Shown in pieces: positions 8,372 to 14,656 of a stretch of DNA of 14,656 bases. The stretch is taken from the NCBI GenBank assembly GCA_044507735.1, contig JBIQJB010000041.1:1-14656 (forward strand), read 5' to 3'. This stretch comes from Nitrosopumilales archaeon. Lineage in GTDB: Archaea; Thermoproteota; Nitrososphaeria; Nitrososphaerales; Nitrososphaeraceae. The stretch's first letter is position 1. Every line of letters begins with the position of its first letter. The notes under the pieces are model-generated. The model worked only from the letters and a program-made list of their open reading frames with translations. It was not told where the DNA came from and ran no database searches. The translations under genes and the position numbers were made by a program.

Positions 8372-8398
8372 TCTGCACAAGAAAACAAGGGGTGGCGG
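8372..8398 (+). promoter_or_regulatory. Variant ORB-like element, inverted relative to the consensus ORBs
   Basis: TCTGCACAAGAAAACAAGGGGTGGCGG aligns ungapped to GTTCCAGTGGAAACAAAGGGG (13/21 positions including the G-string). Its G-string faces ORB 8475-8495. Confidence 0.6.
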
Positions 8399-8474
8399 CA
8401 TGGCCATGATCTGTCTTTTGATTAACAGTGATTAACAGGATGTTAGCCTTGGTTGTCGAAAAGCCCGAAAATGA

Positions 8475-8495
8475 CCCCTTTGTTTCCACTGGAAC
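8475..8495 (-). promoter_or_regulatory. Origin recognition box (ORB)
   Basis: Reverse complement reads GTTCCAGTGGAAACAAAGGGG, the archaeal ORB consensus with G-string. Confidence 0.95.
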
Positions 8496-8536
8496 GTTAA
8501 GGATCGCCCGGCCGCTGTTAACAAGCCCTTGGCAGA

Positions 8537-8557
8537 CCCCTCCATTTCCACTGGAAC
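8537..8557 (-). promoter_or_regulatory. Origin recognition box (ORB)
   Basis: Reverse complement reads GTTCCAGTGGAAATGGAGGGG, a direct repeat of the 8475-8495 ORB 62 bp away. Confidence 0.93.
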
Positions 8558-8724
8558 AGGATCTGGGTAGTTTCCAACCAAAAATTTGGTTAACTAATGG
8601 CAATTGTTAACCAAAATGGCTTCCCTCTCATGCTTGGTTAACAACAGCTAAGCTCTTTGTTATCAACAATGGCAGAGCTCATGTTAAGTGTTAACACGTT
8701 AACAGGAGTAGCTACCTTTAGGAC

Positions 8725-9189
8725 ATGAGCCTTGGAAGGAAGAAGTTCCGAATAGAACTTGAAGATGCCGAGGGGAGCAAGTATAACCTCTCTCTAGAGG
8801 GCAACGTGTCCAAGGAAAAGATAATGAAGATAGTCGAGTTCATGGAGCTTCTCAACATAGAGTCTGGTGGCCCCAATAACGCTGGTGAGAGCGAGATGGC
8901 CTCCTCCATCCGCAGGCAATCGTCGCCGGTCTCTGTTGGCGAAAGGATCTGGAGTTTGGTTGAGGGCAAGTTCCCCTATGGAAGCTTTACCTCGACAGAC
9001 ATCCTCGAATTATACGAGGACCAGTTCAACGAGCCGATCAAGTTGAGCATAATCTCCACATATCTTTCACGATATTCTGACCGCGGAAGGCTGATAAGGA
9101 CACGCCAGGGCAAGGAGTGGGTCTACAAGATAGCTAGACAGCAGCAGGTGCAACCCTCTCCTTCAGCCTCTCCCGACCTGCGTCCGTAA
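8725..9189 (+). CDS. Origin-adjacent protein with C-terminal winged-helix DNA-binding domain
   Basis: C-terminal FTSTDILELYEDQFNEPIKLSIISTYLSRYSDRGRLIRTRQGKEWVYKI is a BlaI/MecI-like wHTH pattern. It follows a small N-terminal beta-beta-alpha domain and a linker. Divergent from cdc6. Confidence 0.85.
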   Translation: MSLGRKKFRIELEDAEGSKYNLSLEGNVSKEKIMKIVEFMELLNIESGGPNNAGESEMASSIRRQSSPVSVGERIWSLVEGKFPYGSFTSTDILELYEDQFNEPIKLSIISTYLSRYSDRGRLIRTRQGKEWVYKIARQQQVQPSPSASPDLRP

Positions 9190-9790
9190 TGTTGTATCTG
9201 AAGGGCTTGGTGTTGACGTCCCTGCTTACCAGCCCAGCGTCATGAAGCTTTTTCATGAGACGGGCCGTGTGCTCACGGGTCCTGCCAACCGCCAGCTGCA
9301 CCTCTCTTGAGGTGCGAGGCTTCTCAGCAAGCAGCTTTAAGATATAGTCGGTCGTTCCGTTGTTGCCCTCCTTTCCATCAGCAACTGCCATTGATGCTGT
9401 GGTAGCATGCACGTGCTGTTGCTGCTGCGTGACTGCTACAGGCTCACTCACGGCCGCTACATGATTTTGCGGCTGCTGTGATGCAGGCCCAGGCTGTGAC
9501 ATAGCCGTCACAGGCTGAGGAGGCGCGGACTGTGACGATCTTGCTTCCATAATATCGATCTTGGCCCTAAGATCTGCAATCATTTTGTCATAATCACGAA
9601 GCCTCCTGGTGTATTCGAGCACGACCGCTTCGACCACTGTCCCGTCCTCTTTGTAATGGCGACCTGCCAGTGCGCTCTTGACCCTTCCGTACACCATCAC
9701 GCTTACCATGCCGGTCACAAACGCAAGCACGCCTGATATCACAAGGTCGTTGGTCAAAAACGTGATAAGTGGCACCAGATCGACGATCAT
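9134..9790 (-). CDS. Membrane-anchored coiled-coil protein with C-terminal MarR/ArsR-like winged helix
   Basis: N-terminal TM (LVISGVLAFVTGMVSVMVY then GRVK), coiled coil (EYTRRLRDYDKMIADLRAKIDIMEAR), S/Q/P/V-rich linker and wHTH (ILKLLAEKPRTSREVQLAVGRTREHTARLMKKLHDAGLVSRD...FRYNITDAG). Confidence 0.88.
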   Translation of the reverse strand: MIVDLVPLITFLTNDLVISGVLAFVTGMVSVMVYGRVKSALAGRHYKEDGTVVEAVVLEYTRRLRDYDKMIADLRAKIDIMEARSSQSAPPQPVTAMSQPGPASQQPQNHVAAVSEPVAVTQQQQHVHATTASMAVADGKEGNNGTTDYILKLLAEKPRTSREVQLAVGRTREHTARLMKKLHDAGLVSRDVNTKPFRYNITDAGRERLKERVAPAAV

Positions 9791-9946
9791 GTCACGGAAA
9801 AACGGCGCAACACCGTGATATAATGCTACGGAACAAGATTATTTTACAATCTAGACATTCTTTTTATCAGCGCATCAATCACAGATATCACGTCATTCAC
9901 GTTCAGTTTACCGTCAACATCACTACCTTCAGAAGCAAATATCACG
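9428..9946. repeat. Array of RTCACR/YGTGAY hexamers spanning two HTH genes
   Basis: 15 copies at 9428, 9477, 9495, 9507, 9531, 9593, 9696, 9714, 9738, 9761, 9791, 9814, 9878, 9887 and 9941. About 1 would be expected per 512 bp at uniform base composition. Confidence 0.7.
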
Positions 9947-10215
9947 CCTATCTGCTCCGCCAGCCTGCCAATAGCATCCAGGGTTTCGGGCTGGATGATC
10001 CCCGTCGATTGCAGAAGGATCATGCTGTACAGGACCGCGCTTACCTTGTCCCGGCACTGCTTTACCTGCCTGTAATAGGCACCTGAACTGATGTTTTGCG
10101 CTCGCCCGCCCCCCTGCAGCCTTTTAGAAATTATGTCAAGTTGACGGGGAGTAAATAAAGAATTTGCAACAATATGCGCATAAAGATTGTTAGAATTGGA
10201 TTTCGAATCGGCCAT
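9844..10215 (-). CDS. Hypothetical protein with HTH-like N-terminal region
   Basis: SLFTPRQLDII...ISSGAYYRQVKQCRDKV resembles a sigma70-r4/Tfx-like HTH, followed by a helical C-terminus. ATG start, TTTTTATT at 10255-10248 upstream, and co-oriented with 9134-9790. Confidence 0.8.
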   Translation of the reverse strand: MADSKSNSNNLYAHIVANSLFTPRQLDIISKRLQGGGRAQNISSGAYYRQVKQCRDKVSAVLYSMILLQSTGIIQPETLDAIGRLAEQIGVIFASEGSDVDGKLNVNDVISVIDALIKRMSRL

Positions 10216-10220
10216 TGGTA

Positions 10221-10238
10221 CTATACAGATTTGTATAG
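10221..10238. promoter_or_regulatory. Palindromic candidate operator
   Basis: CTATACA-GATT-TGTATAG (7-bp inverted repeat) between the TATA-like box and the start codon of 9844-10215. Confidence 0.45.
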
Positions 10239-10422
10239 CGTGTGCAGAATAAAAAGATTGGCTGGGTGTACCTTCCTGTGCGAATCTGAAATGGGCAAGA
10301 GTCGACGTTCGAAAACATGCATGAGAATGAGCCCAATTCGCAAATTTCCCTGCGGTTTTAGGGACAAAGGCCTGCAGAAATGGCGATTCCTTCTAGATCA
10401 TGCAACAAAGCAAAGCATCAAA

Positions 10423-10430
10423 CTTTAAAA
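10423..10430 (+). promoter_or_regulatory. Probable TATA box for the GGGPS-DP2 operon
   Basis: CTTTAAAA about 28-35 nt upstream of GTG 10458, preceded by an A-rich BRE-like tract. Confidence 0.5.
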
Positions 10431-10457
10431 TGACCACTCCATTTCAACAAGGGAGAA

Positions 10458-11204
10458 GTGGCACTGGGAAAGGTCGAGCAGCATTTACTGGACGAGATCA
10501 AGAAATACGGCACTATATGCCTCCCGCTAATAGATTCTGAAAACTCTACCGACGCGGCTACTATTGCCAAGAAGGTAGAGGAGAAAGGGGCCTCCGGGAT
10601 CCTAGTAGGCGGTTCGTCAGCCATCGACCAGCTGGAACTGGCCAACGTTGTTGCGGAGATAAAATCCAAGGTCACGATACCCGTGATATTGTTCCCCGGG
10701 AACGTCACAGGAGTATCACCAAAGGCTGACGCGATATTGTTCAGCTCACTTCTCAATTCAGAGAGCCCCTATTTCATAACCGAAGCGCAGGCCCTTGGTG
10801 CGATCGCGGTCAAAAAGTATGGGATCGAGCCCCTCCCGACTGCATACATCATCATAGGCGAGGGCACCGCTGCATGGTTCGTGGGCCGAGCAAGGGGGAT
10901 ACCGTTCCACAAGCCCAACCTGGCAGTGATGTATTCGCTTGCGGCGCAGTACATGGGCATGCGCTTTGTCTACCTCGAAGCCGGCTCGGGCGCATCCCAG
11001 AACGTTTCCCCAGAGATGGTGGCGGCAGTCAGAAAGAACTATGAAGGCACTCTCATTGTAGGTGGGGGCATAAAGTCCCCCGAGACCGCCGGGCACATAG
11101 CAAGAGCAGGAGCGGACATCATCGTCATCGGCACAATGATAGAAAAGGACGGAAACTGGGAAGACAAGTTTTCGTCGATTGTGAAAGCCATCAGGTCGCG
11201 ATAG
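10458..11204 (+). CDS. Geranylgeranylglyceryl phosphate (GGGP) synthase, PcrB family
   Basis: LIDSE, ILVGGS, VILFPGN, DAILFSSLLNS, YLEAGSGA, IVGGGI and ADIIVIGT motifs of the TIM-barrel prenyltransferase for archaeal ether lipids. Confidence 0.95.
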   Translation: MALGKVEQHLLDEIKKYGTICLPLIDSENSTDAATIAKKVEEKGASGILVGGSSAIDQLELANVVAEIKSKVTIPVILFPGNVTGVSPKADAILFSSLLNSESPYFITEAQALGAIAVKKYGIEPLPTAYIIIGEGTAAWFVGRARGIPFHKPNLAVMYSLAAQYMGMRFVYLEAGSGASQNVSPEMVAAVRKNYEGTLIVGGGIKSPETAGHIARAGADIIVIGTMIEKDGNWEDKFSSIVKAIRSR

Positions 11205-11206
11205 CC

Positions 11207-14200
11207 ATGATGTTGGAAGAGGCCGAGGCACGTCTCAAGGATGTGAGAATGCCTGCATATTACAGAAGCTACCAGCACGACATCTTGAGGAACGTCTATC
11301 AAAATTACCAGCATGCGCTCAAGGCCAGAAGGCGGGGGATCGACGTGGCCGATATTGTGGAGCCCAAAATAGCCTACGATCTGGCGGACAGGGTCGCCAA
11401 GATGCACGAAATTGACATTGCGGATCGTCTGCGCGCCCTTCTGGCGGCGACAACGAAGGAAAAGGCCGCATTAAAGATAGCCGAAGAAATCGCTGCGGGA
11501 GAATACGGCTCGGGCGATCTGGAGACCCGGCTTGAAAATGCAGTCAGGGTGTCGCTTGCAGTGGTCACCGAAGGCGTCACGGTTGCACCGCTGCAGGGCA
11601 TCTCAGACGTCACAATAAAGAGCAATGCAGATGGCTCGCAGTACCTGTCGGTATCATTCGCCGGGCCGATCAGGTCGGCAGGCGGAACAGAAGCCGCTCT
11701 GACCATGCTGATCGCGGACCATGCAAGGAAGGTCGCAGGCCTTGGCCGGTACATCGCAAATTCGTTTGACGACGAGACCGGCAGGTTCGTCGAAGAGCTG
11801 CGCATATACGAGCGGGAAGTCATGGGCTTCCAGTTCAAGGTCCTCGACGAAGACGTGGTAAAGTGCATTTCAAGCGTCCCAGTCGAGCTGGACGGGGTCG
11901 ACACCGATCCGGTAGAGGTAGTGGGCCACAAGGGCATGCGCCGCATAGCGACTGACAGGGTGCGCGGGGGAACCCTCCGTGTCATGAACGACGGGCTTAT
12001 CGGCAGGAGCCGAAAGCTGTTAAAGCTCGTCGAGACGCTGAAACTGGACGGCTGGGACTGGCTCAAGGACCTGAAAGGAGCCATCCAGACAGGCGACGAC
12101 GATGCGGCCCACCACAGGATGTCGGAGGTTATTACTGGCAGGCCAGTGCTCTCCATGGCCAAAAAGATAGGCGGGTTCCGCCTGCGCTATGGCCGCTGCT
12201 ACAATACCGGTTTTGCCACCGTTGGAATCCACCCCGCGGTGCCAGCCCTGCTCAACTATGCTATCGTCGCCGGCACGCAGATCAAGATGGACATACCTGG
12301 CAAGGCTTCGACCATCGCGCTCGTCGACACCCTTGAAGCTCCGATAGTGAGGATGGACGATGGCCGGGTGATGCCCGTTCATACAGTCGAGCAGGCGGAA
12401 AAGATCCGCACGCGGGTCAGCAAGATCCTGTACATCGGCGACATGCTGATCAGCTACGGCGACTTTCTTGAAAATAACGCGCAGCTTTTGCCTGCAAGCT
12501 ATGTGGAAGAAGCATGGGCGCAGCAGCTCAAGTCAAAGCTGATTTCTCTTCCCGCTGATTCTGGCAATAATGGCTGCAGCACCAACAGAGAGCGGCTGAT
12601 CCAGCTGGCAGAAAACCCGCTGATTATCCCGACTGTAGAGGAAGCATTTGAAATATGCAAGCTTGAAATGCCACTGCATCCAAAATATTCGTTCTACTGG
12701 GACACAGTTGCTCTTGACGACCTCATTTATCTGAAAGACAGGCTCGCTGCTGCAGCAGTAGCAGTAGATGATGATGGTAGTGGTAGTGGCAGTGGTACTA
12801 GCAGCATACCAGCCGACGCAAGGCTGAAGGACATTCTTGAAAAGCTTGGAGTCACTCATTCCATTGCAAAAGACAGGATCTTGCTTGACGACAAGACACA
12901 GGCCCTCTCGCTGATGCGACTGCTCTCCGGGCCGGTGGTGGAAGCCAAGGATTCGATCGAGTTTGTAACAAAATCATCCGGCATCAAGGTGATGCCCAAG
13001 TTCGCCTCCACCATCGCGGTGCGGGTCGGCAGGCCGGAAAAGGCCGCGGAGCGCAAGATGAAGCCGCCAGTGCACGCCCTCTTTCCAATCGGCACGAAAG
13101 GCGGCGCGACCCGCGACATTCTGAAGGCGGCCAAGGAGGACTCGTTCTACACCGAAATAGCCAATCGCTACTGCGACGCCTGCAGATTGCCGTCAGTTGG
13201 AACCCACTGCCGCGTATGCGGCGCATCGACGATGATCCGGAATCTCTGCATCGTTTGCAGGGGACAGGTCGAAGAGGGTGAAAAATGCGAGCGCTGCGGC
13301 AAGGAAGGGCGGACGTATTCGTCTGTCAACTTTCCGCTCAAGGACGCGTTGGACAATGCCAAGAAAAAACTTGGCGTGGCGCCGGAAGAGCCGTTCAAGG
13401 GCGTCAAGTCCCTAATGAGCCGGCACAGGTCTGCAGAGCCTCTTGAAAAGGGGATACTGCGGCAAAAGCACAATTTGTACGCATTCAAGGACGGCACTGT
13501 CAGGTTCGACGCTACCAACGAACCCCTGACCCATTTCAAACCGGCATGGATAGGGGTGAGCGTACAGAAGCTGAAGGAACTTGGGTACACCCGCGACTAC
13601 CTTGGCAAGGAGCTCACGTCGCCGGACCAGATAGTGGAGCTGCTCATGCAGGACGTGATAATCCCCCGCGACTCTGCAAAGCACCTTCTCAACACCGCGA
13701 AATTCATCGACGAGGAGCTGGAAAAGCTGTATGATCTCGAGCCGTTCTATAACGTGTCTTCCATCGACGACCTCGTAGGGCACCTGGTAGTTGGATTGGC
13801 TCCCCATACGTCGGTAGGCATCATGGGCAGGATAATTGGCTTTACAGATTCGCAGGTCTGCCTCGCTTCGCCTGTTTGGCACTCGGCCAAGCGCAGAGAC
13901 TGCGACGGAGACGCCGACTCGGTCATGATGCTGATGGACGCTTTCTTGAATTTCTCATTTGACTTCTTGCCGGATAAGATAGGTGGGCTCATGGACGCGC
14001 CGCTGCTGATACAGCCCGTGGTGCTGCCGCACGAAGTGCAGCGTCAGGCGCACAACGTGGACATTGCAAGTTCATATCCGATTGAATTCTACGAAGCCAC
14101 CTGGAAGCAGGCCAAAGCGGCCGACGCAGCCGGCATGATCGAAACGATCAAGAACAGGATAGGCGACGAGAACCAGTTCTTTGGCTACGGCTTTACTCAC

Positions 14201-14653
14201 TTCACCGACGCCCTGGTCACAAAGGCACAGAGGAGCGCCTATTCTACCCTCAACACCATGGAGGAAAAGCTCAAGATGCAGTTTGATACCGCGAAGCTGA
14301 TCAATGCGGTAGACGCTGACGAGGTGGCCGCGATGGTTCTCACGACGCACATACTGCCGGACATCATGGGCAACATGCGGTCGTACTCCTCACAATCATT
14401 CCGCTGCACTGCGTGCGGAGCCAAGTTCCGAAGGATGCCCCTTCTGGGCAAGTGCACCGAGTGCCAGAGCGATCTGATTCAGACCGTGACGAGGGGCGCT
14501 GTGGAAAAGTACCTCGGCATCGCAACCGGCATGTGCCAAGAGTACAAGATAAACGACTATTTGCGCAGCAGGGTAGAATCTATATCAACAGAACTGAAGT
14601 TGATCTTCAAGGAAGAGAAAAAGTTGCAGTCAACGCTCACCGATTTCATCTAG
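11207..14653 (+). CDS. polC: DNA polymerase D large subunit DP2 (no intein)
   Basis: TEGVTVAPLQGI, FAGPIRSAGGT, GGFRLRYGR, RVGRPEKA, central Zn-finger cluster, FKDGTVRFD, LAPHTSVG, catalytic KRRDCDGDAD, GGLMDAPL, C-terminal CTAC...CTEC and PIP box QSTLTDFI. Confidence 0.98.
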   Translation: MMLEEAEARLKDVRMPAYYRSYQHDILRNVYQNYQHALKARRRGIDVADIVEPKIAYDLADRVAKMHEIDIADRLRALLAATTKEKAALKIAEEIAAGEYGSGDLETRLENAVRVSLAVVTEGVTVAPLQGISDVTIKSNADGSQYLSVSFAGPIRSAGGTEAALTMLIADHARKVAGLGRYIANSFDDETGRFVEELRIYEREVMGFQFKVLDEDVVKCISSVPVELDGVDTDPVEVVGHKGMRRIATDRVRGGTLRVMNDGLIGRSRKLLKLVETLKLDGWDWLKDLKGAIQTGDDDAAHHRMSEVITGRPVLSMAKKIGGFRLRYGRCYNTGFATVGIHPAVPALLNYAIVAGTQIKMDIPGKASTIALVDTLEAPIVRMDDGRVMPVHTVEQAEKIRTRVSKILYIGDMLISYGDFLENNAQLLPASYVEEAWAQQLKSKLISLPADSGNNGCSTNRERLIQLAENPLIIPTVEEAFEICKLEMPLHPKYSFYWDTVALDDLIYLKDRLAAAAVAVDDDGSGSGSGTSSIPADARLKDILEKLGVTHSIAKDRILLDDKTQALSLMRLLSGPVVEAKDSIEFVTKSSGIKVMPKFASTIAVRVGRPEKAAERKMKPPVHALFPIGTKGGATRDILKAAKEDSFYTEIANRYCDACRLPSVGTHCRVCGASTMIRNLCIVCRGQVEEGEKCERCGKEGRTYSSVNFPLKDALDNAKKKLGVAPEEPFKGVKSLMSRHRSAEPLEKGILRQKHNLYAFKDGTVRFDATNEPLTHFKPAWIGVSVQKLKELGYTRDYLGKELTSPDQIVELLMQDVIIPRDSAKHLLNTAKFIDEELEKLYDLEPFYNVSSIDDLVGHLVVGLAPHTSVGIMGRIIGFTDSQVCLASPVWHSAKRRDCDGDADSVMMLMDAFLNFSFDFLPDKIGGLMDAPLLIQPVVLPHEVQRQAHNVDIASSYPIEFYEATWKQAKAADAAGMIETIKNRIGDENQFFGYGFTHFTDALVTKAQRSAYSTLNTMEEKLKMQFDTAKLINAVDADEVAAMVLTTHILPDIMGNMRSYSSQSFRCTACGAKFRRMPLLGKCTECQSDLIQTVTRGAVEKYLGIATGMCQEYKINDYLRSRVESISTELKLIFKEEKKLQSTLTDFI

Positions 14654-14656
14654 CCA

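Larger units (their letters stand above)
8259..8703. repeat. Array of GTTAAC palindromes across oriC
   Basis: Perfect GTTAAC at 8259, 8282, 8517, 8589, 8606, 8637, 8690 and 8698. Near-matches include TGTTATCA 8348 and 8658, TGATTAACAG x2 8419-8438, and GTTAAG 8496 and 8683. Confidence 0.85.
8183..8724. other. Chromosomal replication origin (oriC)
   Basis: 542-bp AT-richer intergenic region immediately upstream of cdc6, containing consensus ORBs and flanked by PolD genes. Confidence 0.9.

Noticed and set aside
8310-8610. ORFs 8310-8603 (-) and 8428-8610 (+)
   Set aside because: They run through the ORBs and the GTTAAC array; spurious ORFs in the origin.
8183-8724. Origin repeats as a CRISPR array or mobile-element ends
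   Set aside because: No regular repeat-spacer periodicity and no cas or transposase genes; the repeats match ORBs.
9495-9512. TGTGA...TCACA as a bacterial CRP site linked to the adenylate cyclase
   Set aside because: The spacer is 8 nt rather than 6, the site is intragenic and there is no CRP gene in the window. Treated as part of the RTCACR array instead.
10174-10428. 84-aa plus-strand ORF and 9769-10086 ORF
   Set aside because: They overlap real genes or divergent promoters and have no protein-like features.
11207-14653. Possible intein in DP2, and the many antisense ORFs within DP1, cdc6, GGGPS and DP2
   Set aside because: The length (1148 aa) and the contiguous KRRDCDGD motif show no intein; the antisense ORFs are codon-bias shadows.

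Overview
Core chromosomal window from an ammonia-oxidising archaeon (Nitrososphaerota, most likely Nitrososphaeraceae; inferred from gene content and order) that contains the replication origin. Left to right: tfe (partial, missed by the ORF track), an HTH-fused class III adenylate cyclase, a small hypothetical, a stand-alone receiver domain, a half-size heme A synthase, a tandem PRC-barrel-like/LEA-like protein, an unannotated ~45-49 aa C4 zinc-finger protein, a membrane protein, PolD small subunit (DP1), orc1/cdc6, oriC (8183-8724, two consensus ORBs plus two variant ORB-like elements), three uncharacterised HTH/wHTH genes (one membrane-anchored), GGGP synthase and PolD large subunit (DP2). 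The most interesting signal is two different short-motif arrays next to the origin. The first is 8 perfect GTTAAC palindromes (plus many near-matches) across oriC and the promoter of the adjacent wHTH gene. The second is 15 RTCACR/YGTGAY hexamers in about 520 bp spanning the membrane-anchored wHTH gene and its upstream HTH gene. Together these suggest, as a hypothesis, an origin-linked, ParA-less origin-binding/membrane-tethering (segregation) module.
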